From NCBI GenBank assembly GCA_964016885.1, contig OZ024761.1:24490001-24554000 (forward strand): DNA of 64,000 nucleotides. Reading direction: 5' to 3'. Shown piece by piece: positions 35,831 to 50,195 of the stretch. Numbering within the stretch: the stretch's first letter is position 1; each line of letters starts with the position of its first letter. The DNA is from Eledone cirrhosa. Its lineage: Eukaryota. The notes under the pieces are model-generated. The model was not told where the DNA came from and did not search any database. It saw only the letters and a list, made by a program, of their open reading frames with translations. Made by a program: the position numbers and the translations under genes.

Positions 35831-38439
35831 ATAATAATACATTTGGAGACTAAAATCCAAAGAGGGCTCACTGAAAGCAGCGATTCTTTGCTTAAACTTT
35901 AATCTGTTATTTTAATATATATTATATATATATATATATATTATATATATTATATATATATTATATATATTATATATATATTATATATATATATATATTA
36001 TATATTATATATATATTATATATATATATATATTATATATATATATTATATATATATTATATATATATATATTATATATATATATATTATATATATATTA
36101 TATATATATATATTATATATATTTATATATTATATATATTTATATATTATATATATTTATATATTATATATATATATATTATATATGTATTATATTTATA
36201 TATTATATATATATATATTATATATGTATTATATATATATATTATATATATATTATATATATATTTTATATATATATTTTATATATATATTTTATATATA
36301 TATTATATATATTTTATATATATATTATATATATTATATATATTATATATATTTTATATATATATTATATATATATATTATATATATTTTATATATATAT
36401 TATATATATATATTATATATTATATATTATATACATATTATATATATATATTATATATATTATATATATATTATATATATATATTATATATATTATATAT
36501 ATATTATATATATATTATATATATATATTATATATATATTATATATATATATAAATGGCTTCTACAGGACTAGAACTGTTTCATTCGAAAGAAGCCATTT
36601 CTATATTAAATATTTATACTCTGCTATGTATTGAGTACTGCAAACAACAAACTATTCAAAACATGCTATGATGCACAGTTGGTATATTAGTAATAGTAGA
36701 GGATCGACTGAAAGCTCAGAGGCTTTGGCTAGTGACCTCTTCTTACATAAAATCAGTTACATCTGTGACATTTCGCAGATACTTAAGTTTCGTTGTGTTT
36801 AACACCTTATCATAAAATCTAACCTACTGTGATGGAGTTACTTCTCCTCAAAATATGGCAGATTGAATGAGTTGGTATTGCTTTTGACAAGGCTGCTATT
36901 GTTGTCGCTTGTTAGAGCTGCTGTTGTTGTTGTTGGTGGCGTGTGTGTAACGAGAGCTCCTCTTAACGATAGCTGTTGAAATAAGTGTTATTGATGTTGT
37001 TGTTGTCGCTGCTGCTGGTGTTGTTGCTCTTGTTTTTATTATCGCTGCTGATTTGTTACTGTTGTTTCTGCTGCTGCTGTGGTGTTTTTGCTGTTGTTGC
37101 TTTTGCTGTTGCTGTTGTTTCTGCTGCTGCTGATGTTGTTTATGTTGTTGCTGTTGCTGTTGTTTCTGCTGCTGCTGATGTTGTTTATGTTGTTGTTGTT
37201 GTGACTGTAATTCGAGTTCCTGTTATCTGTTGAGATAATTATTGTTATTTGTTGCTGCTGCAAGTGCTGCCGTTGCTGTTGTTTTTGAAGATTTTTTTTA
37301 TTGTTGATGTTAATGTTGCCGATGTTGTGGATAGTTTTGTTATTGTTTGCGTTAGTGTTGCTATTTTTACAGTTGTTTATGTTCTTGTTGTTAATGTTGT
37401 TTATGTTATTGTTATTGTTGATGTTGTTGTTGTTGGTGTTGTGGTTTTTGATGTTGTTGGTGTTGTGGTTTTTGATGTTGTTGGTGTTTTTGATGTTGTT
37501 GGAGTTGTGGTTTTTGATGGTGTTGTGGTTTTTGTTGTTGTTGTTGGTGGTGTTGTGGTCGGTTTTGTTACTGTTTGTTGTGGTTCTGGTTGCTGATATT
37601 ATTATTGTTGTTGGTGTTGTTGTTGGTGTTACTGTTGTTGCTTTTGCAGTTGTTTATGTTATTGTTGTTGATGTTGTTTATGGTATTGTTGATGTTGTGG
37701 TTTTTGATGTTGTTGTTGGTGTTGTGGTCGGTTTTGTTACTGTTGTTGTGGTTGTGGCATTGGCGGCGTTGTTGTTGGTGTTATGGTTGTTGTTGTTGTT
37801 GGTGGTGGTATTGTGGTCGGTTTTGTTGTTTTTTGTGTGGTTGTTGATGTTATTGTTGTTGTTGCGGGTGTTGGTGTTGTGGTTGTTGTTGTGGTTGTTA
37901 TTGAAGTTATTGTTGCTGCTGTTGTTATTTCAACTGCTGTTTTTACAATCGCTACTGTTGCTTCTCCTGCATTTCTTGCTCTTATTGTGTTGTTGTTTTT
38001 TTTTCTCCCCATGTTGCTGCAGCTGTTGCTGCTGAGATGGCTAGAGCACATGATAACGATATCTGTTGAGATAATCGATATTGTTATATTTGCTGCTACA
38101 GATGCTGCAGATGCTTTCGATACATTGTTTTATTGTGCTGTTGATGTTATTATCGTTGGTGTTATTTGGTGGGTGTTTGACTGCTGTTTCATGCATGTCA
38201 AAACCTCACCTGAAGACTTTAATGTTAACTGGAGTGTAGAGAATATATATAAATGGTCCTGTAACTCTTGAGAAAGTCGTAGAAGTGGTGTAATGCCATA
38301 CGGCGTTTCTGGGACACGTTTATTTTTGGTAGAGCCCACCTCTTCTCCAGGTCTGACTAGAGTAGATTTATCGTGGAGTATATATATATATATGTCTCCT
38401 CCCTTCAAAAGTACTGACTTTTTACCTAAATTAGAAACC

Positions 38440-39220
38440 GTTATTTGTAGTGTGTTTGGCTGCTATTTCTAGTATGCCAAACGTGACACTTTAATATCAG
38501 TTTGACTGTACAAGAGAAGCCGACAATGTCAAATGTACAGGGAGGAGCAGTGTAGATTGGCGTTGAAGATGTTGTTTATGGTTAGTATTAGTTTATTTAG
38601 AGGGTGTTTAACTGTTATGTATAGCATGTCAAACCAGCAGCGAGAGATTTCACGCTAACTTGTCAAATGTACAAATGAGCTTGTCAAATGTACAAATGAG
38701 CTTGTCAAATGTACAAATAAGCTTGCTTTAAAGATGCTGTTATGGTTACTGGTGTTTGGCTGCTATTTCTAGTATACCAAACCACCAACGTGACGCCTCA
38801 ATGTTAGTTTGACTCTATAAAAGAAGTTGAAAGTGTCAAATGTCCAGACCAGGACTACCAATTGTTAAAGTATACAGCTGGCTTTGAAGATGTTATAGTT
38901 ACTGTTATTTGGAGGCGTTTGGCTGCTATTTCTAGTATAGCAAACCACCAACGTGACACCTCCATGTTAGCTTGACTCTATAAGAGAAGTTGAAAGTGTC
39001 AAATGTACAGACAAGGCCTGTAATTTGTTAATGCAATAACAAGCTTTCTTTGAAGATGTTATGGTTGATGTTGTTATGGTGGGTGTTTGGTTGCGAGTTG
39101 TAGCATGTCAAACTTCAGTGTTAGCTAGCTTAACTGTACAACATAAGTTGTAAATGTGGAGCGTACAGGCATGGACTATAATTTGTTAATGCAATGACAA
39201 GCAGGCTTTGTAGATATTCT
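38440..39220. repeat. Degenerate ~150-170-bp tandem repeat (~5 units)
   Basis: gtgtttggctgctatttctagtat..caaac..tgtcaaatgtaca recurs at ~38452, 38600, 38752, 38915 and 39082. Confidence 0.75.
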
Positions 39221-40532
39221 TAACTAAATCCACCGCTGGCTATTGGCTAGTGTTACAAATTACGATGAAATATGTAATATAGATATTAATATGGCGTATA
39301 TTATTATACATTAATATCAGGATATTAACTGGTGAGTGTATAGAATAGCTTGACTAGAGAACTTACACAGGAGTTAATTACAACTGTATATATTCACTTT
39401 AAACACAACTTGGTAAAAGAATGTCAATAATCAAAATGGAGTATGTTCCTTTGATATCGAAACACATTTTCTCTGGAATGGGCGGTAAAAATGCGGCTTT
39501 CTATTTATTTATTTAATGTTTTTTGCTTATTTATTTTCGCTTGTTTATTTTTTGTTTATTTGTTTACTTTTTGTTTTATTTATTTATTTGTTTATTTTAT
39601 TTATTTATTTATTTATTTTTTTTGTTTATTTAATATTTATTTATTTTATTTATTTAATATTTATTTATTTATTATTTATTTATTTTTTCCGCTTATTCAT
39701 TCGTTTATGCTTTTTTTTCTCGCCTTTGCTGACCACGTATTATTTGTGTGACCAGCACACAATTGGTTTTGATGAAATGAAAAGACAGAGCAGGAAGCGG
39801 CAGCTATAATGTTTGATTTTTGTGACCTCTCAGAGAGAGAGAGAGTGAGTGAGGGGGGTGGGGTGAGAGAGAGTGAAATAGATAGATATAGAGAATGAGA
39901 GAGAGAGGGACAGAAAGGGAGCGAGATATAGAGATAGATAGGGATAGATAGATAGGGAAAGAGAGAGAGAAAGAGCGAACGAGAGAGAGAGAGAGAGAAT
40001 GAGTGGAGTTGTCTAAATATTTAGTGATGTTGAAGTCGTTGAGAAGGAGTGAAGGGTGAACAACAACAGTCGTTGAGAAGGAGTGAAGGGTGAACAACAA
40101 CAACAAACAAACCAAACTGATACTGTGATGAAATTGGGGGTAAATGTGGCGGTGGTGGGGTGGGTGTAGCTATTTAGAAAGCAGAATCGGTCAAAACCGA
40201 TCCTTTGATGTCAACATTCGATCATATTTAAAAGTTTAAAAGATATCAACTGCGGAAAAACAACAAAATATACTCACATGTATACAAAGACACACACACA
40301 CATAGATACACACACATACACACATACACACACACACATACACACATAAACACACACACATACACACATATACACGGACACACAGACACAGACTCACAGA
40401 CGCACACTCACATATATACACACACACACACACATAGACACACGCATGCACATATACACACATATACACACACACACAGATACACATACACACACGCAGA
40501 CACACAAACACATAGACACACAAACACACATA

Positions 40533-40586
<54 letters not shown>

Positions 40587-40896
40587 AATACACAAACACA
40601 CACAAATACACACACACAGACACACACAGACGACACACAGACGACACACACATACATACACAAATACACACACACACAGACACACAGATACACACACACA
40701 CATAGAAAATAGTGTAACCTAGCCACCTCTTCAACATTTTTCAGGCAAATCTGTGATGTTTCTAAAAGATCAGATTTTCATTAAATTTGCATCCGTTTAA
40801 ACCAGATTCAAGCGCCATATTAATTAAAGCAGGCGAGCAAAAACAATCTGTGTTACATTGTTGTTGTTATTATTATTACTAGTGTTGTTGTTGTTG

Positions 40897-41368
40897 CCGG
40901 AGGACTAACAGTATCGGTAGAGCGTCGGACTACATGCCTCATGACATGTAGCTAACATTGCCTTTCATCATTACGGGTTCGATAAAATAAAGTACCAGTC
41001 ACGCACTGGGGTCGATTTAATCAACTTTCCCCTCCCCCAAAATTGCTGCCCTTGTGCCTATATGAGAAACCATTATTATTAATGCTTTGCAGCATAGAGT
41101 TATTGCCCTTTATGATCTGAGTTCAAATCCCGCCGAGGTTAAATTTGCCTTTCATCCTTACGGGGTCGATAAAATAAAGTACCAGTAATACAATGGATAA
41201 TTGCAGGCCTGGTGCCAAAAGTAGAAATAATTCTTATTCTTATTTTTATTGCGTGTTGTTACTAGATTATCGAACACACCCCTTGTGTAGTGTTGTTATC
41301 GATAAAATAAAGAACCAGTAATGCACTGTTTATTGCTGGCCTTGTGCCTAAAGTAGAAACAGTTATTA
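40897..41368 (+). mobile_element. Cluster of main-family SINE copies and fragments
   Basis: Three core/tail segments (gataaaataaag..accag, ggcc..gtgcc..agaaa). Confidence 0.85.
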
Positions 41369-41539
41369 GTGTTGGTTTTTCTTTTGTGTTGAAAATACTC
41401 TTTGTGATATATGTGCAGTGTATAATACTGCTATTTCCTGTACGTTGTATATATTTTCCTGGGTTTTGGTTATTTATCAGTTGGTCTCTTTTTGTCTTTA
41501 TTATTCACAGAACAACGAGGGAAATATATATATATTTCT

Positions 41540-41818
41540 ATCTCTATCTAAGGCGGGTAAAATTCCCGAGATCCATGGACGAGTTCTCTCCAGCGGTCTC
41601 TGTCCCTCATTATCGCTGCCATGTCCTGTGTCTGTCCTGAGGGCATCAACATACGTTAACCTTGGTCTTCCTCTTTTAGTGTGTCCATGTAGGGGCTCCC
41701 AAAGGAACACTGAGTGCAATGTCAACTCAGAGCTGTATGGGAGCATCCCAAAAGTCAGCTCAAAAGTGACACAGAGGAGACTGAGGTTAGCTGGACATGC
41801 TCACCGACATCCAGAGTT

Positions 41819-41823
<5 letters not shown>
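41540..41823 (-). mobile_element. RTE-like LINE 3' end with 5' inversion
   Basis: Plus-strand NSELYGSIPKVSSKVTQRRLRLAGHAHRHPELT continues as minus-strand ELTLHSVFLWEPLHGHTKRGRPRLTYVDALRTDTG, giving the typical RTE post-RT motifs (RRLRxAGH, RxRGRP). Confidence 0.85.
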
Positions 41824-41861
<38 letters not shown>

Positions 41862-42061
41862 CACAGAATGTGCGACGAAAGAACTTTGACAATATATGAA
41901 CAACCTTCCGGTTGTGGGGCCAACCAACCAACCGGAAATTTATAAATTCTTATATTTATAATAATAAATAAATTTAATTTAAATTGGAGTGAAAGCAACT
42001 GGTGCGTGTATTTCTTATTGGCAACATGACCCTCCCAAAGTATAACAATATATATATATAA

Positions 42062-42098
<37 letters not shown>

Positions 42099-42107
42099 CA
42101 TACATAT

Positions 42108-42178
<71 letters not shown>

Positions 42179-42199
42179 CATACATATATATATATATAT

Positions 42200-42230
<31 letters not shown>

Positions 42231-42259
42231 CATACATATATATATATATATATACATAC

Positions 42260-42310
<51 letters not shown>

Positions 42311-42322
42311 CATATATATATA

Positions 42323-42380
42323 TATATATATTTCAAGGGCAACCAAGGCAAATTATGGTGCGCTTTCATCAGATAAAATA
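42323..42380 (-). ncRNA. Hammerhead 5' portion truncated at stem III/cleavage site into (TA)n
   Basis: Minus strand: uauuuuau-CUGAUGA-aagcgcacca..ugguugcccuu-GAAA-uauaua-UA, followed by microsatellite. Confidence 0.7.
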
Positions 42381-42489
42381 CAGATTTGTTTTATAAATAA
42401 ATATTGTCATACCCGGAAAAAAAGACAACCTTAACGGTTGGAGCTTCCTGGATATATATATATATATATGCGAGTGTGTGTGTATGTTC

Positions 42490-42538
<49 letters not shown>

Positions 42539-42544
42539 AATAAG

Positions 42545-42692
42545 TATTTCTGGACCTGAAATAGCCGTCGAAACGGTTTGAGCTCTGCCGTCGGGGTCAT
42601 ACTTTTTTCCTATTTCCCACTCTCTACTACCCTAAGTATTGAGTACTCTGGTGCGTTATGGTCCATCTGGTTCCTTACCACAATTCCTTCGT

Positions 42693-42732
<40 letters not shown>

Positions 42733-42792
42733 TATATGTGCGTGTGTGCGTTCGTGTAACTATGTAGCTATCTATATACATGTATAAATATA

Positions 42793-42831
<39 letters not shown>

Positions 42832-42886
42832 GTGCGTGTGTGCGTTCGTGTAACTATGTAGTTATCTATATACATGTATAAATATA

Positions 42887-42918
<32 letters not shown>

Positions 42919-43012
42919 GGAACCAGTAAGACCCCCGACAGCTGAGCTCAAGCCGTTTCGACGGTTAATTCTGGACTTATGGTCCACCTGGTTCCTTACC
43001 ACATTTCCTTCG

Positions 43013-43015
<3 letters not shown>
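42545..43015. mobile_element. Two family A copies (42545-42695 plus strand; 42918-43015 with internal inversion)
   Basis: Match to the family A consensus. Confidence 0.78.
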
Positions 43016-43047
<32 letters not shown>

Positions 43048-43095
43048 CGTGTGTGCGTTCGTGTAACTATGTAGCTATCTATATACATGTATACA

Positions 43096-43140
<45 letters not shown>

Positions 43141-43581
43141 GAAAATTATAGAAATTATTATAAGCAAGAAGCACACAGTATTTCATAATATATAAATGAC
43201 TATAACGTCAAAATGGGAAAATAGTTAACGTAGGATGTGGGAAATATAATTCAAACTCAATTCATGCATGTATGTATGTATGTATATATATATATACTCC
43301 CATACTCCCTGTGTGTGTGCGTGTGTGTGTCAGTAGAAATATATAAATTCATATTAAGTTCTTAGTTTGTTGAATCATAGAATACTGGTAGAATTAATTC
43401 TGCTTGAGGGGTATCGTATGATATCTATAAAACAGTAAAATGTATGTCTGAATAGAAACCATCTCTCGGGACCTGCTCACACTTCAGCGATATTCTGAAG
43501 GTTTTAAATAAAGAGAAGAGAGCTCCAAATATTCCGAATTTATTCTCGAAGGTGTTGCAGAGAAACCGTATAGTTTGTCTG

Positions 43582-43648
<67 letters not shown>

Positions 43649-43673
43649 ATATATGTGTGTGTTGTTGTGTGTC

Positions 43674-43717
<44 letters not shown>

Positions 43718-43806
43718 GGTTTGTGTGTGTGTTTGCCTTTTGCATATATATATATAAATATAACATGTTTGTGTATATATATATATATATATATATATAA
43801 CATGTT

Positions 43807-43845
<39 letters not shown>

Positions 43846-43911
43846 CATGTTTGTGTGTATATATATATATATATATATAACATGTTTGTGTGTATATATA
43901 TATAACATGTT

Positions 43912-43944
<33 letters not shown>

Positions 43945-44621
43945 CGAGACTGGACAGAAACGTCTTTAAATGGGTAGAATGACAGGGTGTGTAGGTATTA
44001 ATTCTATACATAAATACATAGAGAGTCTGTATATCTCTTGAGAATGCATCTATCTATCTATCTATTGCCTCCTCCTTATTGAGGACGCCTTTTTGTGTAA
44101 ACTCCCCCCTTTGTACTTGTCCCACTTTTGATGCCCTAGTGGCAAATAAAAGAAACTTATCTTTCATATATATATATACAACAAATTTAATATAGAAATC
44201 ACTTCTACAGGACTAGAACCGTTTCATTCGAAGGAAATCCCCAGGAAAGTTCTGCTCATTTCCTTTGAATGAAACAGTTCTAGACCTTTGGAAGTCATTT
44301 CCATATTAAATGTGTTGTATACATTCTACTAATGTACTGAGGACATTACTGACAGCGGTTACCACTGACTTAACCCGGGACTCTCCCCACTCTCCCCCTC
44401 TCTATCTCTCTCTCTCTCACACACACATATATATAAGCAAAGAAAGCGATAACTATTTTACTAATTTACAAACTATGCGGTTTCTCTGCAACACCTTTGA
44501 GAATTAAGTTGATAAATCTATGTCTAACATGTGTAAAGAAAAATAATTACACTCATGTTATATACACATACAAACACACGTACAGACTCACACACAAACT
44601 TATATATCTATATATAAAACA

Positions 44622-44815
44622 ATAATTGTTTCTATTTTGGGCAGAAGGCCAGCAATTACCCAGTGTATTACTGGTACTTTATTTTAACTTTACTTTATAA
44701 GGATGAAAGTCAAAGTAAATCTCGGCTGGATTTGAACTCAGAATGGCAAGGACCGTAACTCTGTGCGTCAAAGCATGGCGTCCGACCCTCTGCCAATACT
44801 GCCAATCCACCGCCT
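44622..44815 (-). mobile_element. Full-length main-family SINE
   Basis: Reverse complement ending ...tactgccaatccaccgcc. Confidence 0.88.
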
Positions 44816-45087
44816 TATTAATGTGTAACAATTGTTCTCGGTATGGTGATCTAACTGTTGTGTAACCACTTCTACCTAACTCGTTCCATGGACTAAGTGC
44901 TCTACCACTACGGATATTACCTTCCAGTGTTCTACCACTATATATATATATATATATATATATCGATGTGAAGTTTCCAGTTGGTATATAGGTATATTGG
45001 TGTTGTATTAAGCAGACTGTAATACTACTAATAATAAAACGATCAAACACTTCTTCCTTTTTATTATTAGTATATATATATATATAT

Positions 45088-45582
45088 ATAAATGTAAGTA
45101 TGCATGTATACGTACATACATATATGTATACAGACGTACAGTAGCATGCACATATATATATATATATACATATATATATACATATGCATACAGGTACACA
45201 TACATATATGCACGTATCAGTTTAGCGGCGCTAACGTCGCTTTGTTCGTTTGTAAACAAACTGAACAGCCTGAATTTATCTGGCAGATGGGTAAACGGTG
45301 CTGATGATAGCTAACAAGCTTGAAACTAGTACATCGTTCCTGTGTCAGTGTTGAACAAAAAGGTGACGTGGTTGCCTTAACACCGTATGGCATAAATTCA
45401 GGCTGTTCAGTTTGTTTACAAACGAACAAAGCGACGTTAGCGCCGCTAAACTGATACGTGCATATATGTATGTGTACCTGTATGCATATGTATATATATA
45501 TGTATATATATATATATATGTGCATGCTACTGTACGTCTGTATACATATATGTATGTACGTATACATGCATACTTACATTTA
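45088..45582. mobile_element. Inverted repeat (~190-bp arms) enclosing a hammerhead-containing spacer
   Basis: 45088-45279 is the inverse of 45392-45582. A related palindromic fragment lies at 24275-24440. Confidence 0.85.
45294..45338 (+). ncRNA. Compact minimal type-I hammerhead ribozyme motif
   Basis: aacggug-CUGAUGA-uagcu aaca agcuu-GAAA-cuag-UA-caucguu, with a 7-bp stem I, palindromic ACUAGU stem III and GUA site. Confidence 0.85.
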
Positions 45583-45635
45583 AGTAAGTGCCATACTAAG
45601 AGTGAGAAATGAAATTTCGTTTTCATTTTGTTTCA

Positions 45636-45672
<37 letters not shown>

Positions 45673-45761
45673 CGGAACAAGTAAAGATTAAACAATCTTT
45701 TAAATAAATTAAAATACGATTTAAATATTTACCTCTTCTATATATATATATATATATATAA

Positions 45762-45943
45762 CTGTTTCTACTTTCGGCACAAGGCCAGAAATTAACCAGT
45801 ACATTACTGGTACTTCATTTTATCGATCTCTTAAGGATGAAAGGCAAAGTTAACCTTGGCGGCATTTGAACTCGGATCGTAAAGGGACATAACTATGCTG
45901 GAAAGCATGTTCAACCCTCTACCGTTCTCCCAATCCACCGCCC
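45762..45943 (-). mobile_element. Main-family SINE
   Basis: Reverse-complement match including head and tail. Confidence 0.85.
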
Positions 45944-46002
45944 TATAAATATAATATAATATAATTAGTGGAATATGTATTAGAAAGCCGTGGCTATGCA
46001 TA

Positions 46003-46062
<60 letters not shown>

Positions 46063-47290
46063 GACGAGAAGTATTTGAGCATCTATATAAGATGTACTAT
46101 GACTAAATATTTATGTATCTACCAGGTCGCACCTCATGCTAGAACTACATCTCAAGTAATTCTGCAGCCAATCCGTATAATATAATCGTAGATTTGCTGT
46201 GTCCGCATAAAAGACGGAGATGTCACGGATGGAATGATTTTTATACAACAGCAGCAAAAGCTGAACGAAAAACAACTACTATATAGTTACAAATAGACAC
46301 AAACAAAATATAGAAGCATTATAGCTTTAAGTGAGAAAAAGACATGTTTTATAGTTTAGGAACTGAATGATAATCCTCGACAGTTCTAACATGGAGGTGG
46401 AGGAGGGGGGGGGGTGAGGAGAAAGACAAACAGAAGAAAGATATGGAGAAAGAGATGGAGGAGAATGAGAGAGAACGAGGAGAAAGAGAAAAAAGAAGAG
46501 AAAGAGAAGTAAAAAAGGTGAAGACCACCACCAACAACAATTACAACAACAGCAACAAGGCAAGTCATAAACAAACCCCAAATGAACGCCACTTATGAAA
46601 ACAACAGCACAAACAGAACAACAACAACAACAACATTGAACAGGATAACAAGCAAAGTAGAAAATATCAACACCAAGATCTAAAATGATACGACGACAAC
46701 AACAACGCTGCAAACAACATGAACATCAATAACAACAACAATAACAACAACAATAAATATGACAGCAACAATGACAACATCACTACGAAACAAACACCAA
46801 AATCAACAACGAGAACAACAACGGTTTCAACGACGACAACAACTGCTGTACAAAACACAAAACCATGAACAAAAACAAGCAACGATCCGCCAACAAGAAT
46901 TCTGCCCTACGGCTGCCAAAATGAAAACTAAAAGCCGAGCAAAATAAATTGTCAAAGGGTAAACCAATACAAACAATATTTTAAAACAAAAAACAGTGAC
47001 AGCAACATTGATCTCCAACAATACTGTTATGCATCGACAGAAGAGCAGATAAAACTAAACATTTTGTTTAAAATGTCGTTAAAAACAACAATCGTTATAC
47101 ATATGATAAATACCCACAAAAAAAAAAAAAAAAAAATTCAAAAATAAATAAACAGCCATTTTACAAATACATGACATATGGAAATGTATATATACGCACA
47201 CTCACACACACGGAGACGCACAAAAACATACACATATGTATTTATATATATAATTATATATATATATACACAGGTGTGATTGTATTGAAA

Positions 47291-47333
<43 letters not shown>

Positions 47334-47431
47334 TATTTGAATACAATCACACCTGTGTATATATATATAACTATATATATATATATACACACACACTATA
47401 TATATGTGTGTGTATATATATATATATATAT

Positions 47432-47464
<33 letters not shown>

Positions 47465-47557
47465 GTGTGTGTGTGTGTATATATATATGTGTGTGTGTGT
47501 ATATATATATGTGTGTGTGTGTGTGTATATATATGTGTGTGTGTGTGTGTGTATATA

Positions 47558-47588
<31 letters not shown>

Positions 47589-47804
47589 GTGTGTGTGTGT
47601 GTATATATATATGTGTGTGTGTGTATATATATGTGTGTGTGTGTGTGTATATATATGTGTGTGTGTGTGTTTATATATATATATATATATATGTGTATAT
47701 ATATGTATGTGTGTTTATATATATATATATATATGTGTATATATATGTATGTGTGTTTATATATATATATATATATATATATGTGTATATATATGTATGT
47801 GTGT

Positions 47805-47836
<32 letters not shown>

Positions 47837-48669
47837 ATATATATGTATGTGTGTTTATATATATGTATATATATTTGTATATATGTGTGTGTGTGTGTAA
47901 ACACGGTGACGTACAGTTACATAGTCAGATGACAATCGCGAATTTTTCCAAAGTGTTCCTAAACAAGGATATCTTGAAATTTGATCTTAGACAGAGGCAT
48001 TTGTACTGATGTAAGTGTTGTTGTTGGTGGTGCCTGACGTGGTGGTGGTGGTGGTTGTTGTTGTTGTTGTTGGAGGTGGTGGCGGTGCTTGACGTGGTGG
48101 TGGTTGTTGTTGTTGTGGTGGTGGTAGTTGTTCTTGTTGCGGTGGTGGCGGTGCTTGAGGTGGTGGTTGTGGTCTTTCTTGGTGGTGGTGGTTGTCGTTG
48201 TTGTTGTGGTGGCGGTGCTTGAGGTGGTGGTTGTTGTTATTGTTGTTGGAGGTGGTGGCGGTGCTTGAGGTGGTGGTGGTGGTGGTTCTTGTTATTGATG
48301 GAGGCGGTGCTTGAGGTGGTGGTGGTGGTGGTGGTTCCTGTTGTTGTTGTCGTCGTCGTTGTTGTTGTTGTTGTTGTTGGCGGGGGCGGTGGTGGTTGTG
48401 GTGGTGGTGGTGGTGGTGGTTGTTGTTGTTGCGGTGCTTGTGGTGTTGGCGGTGTTATCGTGTGAGTTTTGGGTAGAAAATTAGCTTTTAATGAACAGTT
48501 GACATAGCGAGCGTTCCGGCTATTAGCGCCATCATCATCATCAACATCAGCATCATCATCATCATCATCATCAGCAACACACACCTTATTACCATCTACG
48601 CCCTTCTCATTATCATAACGCTTAACATCAGGTTTCTTCTTCTTTCTACTAATAACACACAGACACACA

Positions 48670-48903
48670 CACACCACACCACACACACACACACACACAC
48701 CACACCACACCACACACCACACCACACCACACCACACCACACCACACCACACCACACCACACCACACCACACCACACCACACCACACCACACCACACCAC
48801 ACCACACCACACCACACCACACCACACCACACCACACCACACCACACCACACCACACCACACCACACCACACCACACCACACCACACCACACCACACCAC
48901 ACC
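48670..48903. repeat. (CACAC)n pentanucleotide microsatellite
   Basis: Directly visible. Confidence 0.97.
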
Positions 48904-48914
48904 TACACGTATAT

Positions 48915-49482
48915 ATAACAAAGGAATTGTGGTAAGGAACCAGATGGACCATAACGCAGTCCAGAAATAGCCGTCGAAACGGCTTGAGCTCTGCCGTCGG
49001 GGTCATACTTTTTCCTATATATATATGTATATATATATATATATATACCAAGTTTAATATAGAAATGGCTTCTACAGGACAAAAACTATTTCATTCGAAA
49101 GAGTAAAAAATCTATTTTTAGAATTATACACAATAATGTTTTTTTTCTCAGAATCCTTCTTTAATATCCTTTGGCTAACCACCTCCACCCGCCTTCAAAA
49201 TCACAACCTTCCCCAACCACCAGAAAACATAAATACACTTGGCTTTCCTGATGATTTCTTTCGAATGAAACGGTTCTAGTCCTGTAGAAGCCACTTCTAC
49301 TAATGTATTGAATACCGAACTTTGGTTATCCCCGACTGAAACTGAGACTCAGTTAGACCCCATTACTCTCCAGAGTACTCGATACTTGGGGTAGTAGAGG
49401 GGTTCATAGGAAAACATTTGGGACCCCGACAGCTAGCTCTAACTGTTGAAACGGCAGGAGCTCAGCCGACGGGGTCCCGAAT
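48915..49482. mobile_element. Nested family A (inverted junction at 48958), family C and diverged family A fragments
   Basis: The reverse-complement A tail is joined to gtccagaaatagccgtcgaaac. The family C copy carries CTGATGA..GAAAC..GTC at 49248-49291. Confidence 0.7.
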
Positions 49483-49965
49483 TTGTCATGTATGTATTCA
49501 TACATGTATGTATTCATATATGTGTTCATGTATGAATGTATGCATATATATATGTATATGTATGTATATATATTTATATATATATATATATGTATGTATT
49601 CACATATGTATGTATATATATTTATATATATATATATATGTATGTATTCACATATGTATATATACGTATATATACATACATGTGTATATATATGTATGTA
49701 TATATTCACATATGTATATATAAGTATATATACATACATGTGTATATATATATGTATGTATGTATTCACATATGTATATATAAGTATATATACATACATG
49801 TGTATATATATGTATGTATTCACATATGTATATATAAGTATATATACATACATGTGTATATATATGTAAGTATATATACATACATGTGTATATATATATA
49901 TGTATGTATGTATTCACATATGTATATATAAGTATATATACATATATGTATGTATACATGTATAT

Positions 49966-50093
<128 letters not shown>

Positions 50094-50095
50094 AT

Positions 50096-50195
<100 letters not shown>

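Noticed and set aside
38210-38355. Possible minus-strand exon ending at a strong CAG|gtgagg donor
   Set aside because: The acceptor is weak, the peptide is unrecognised, and the phase is incompatible with the 31683 candidate exon.
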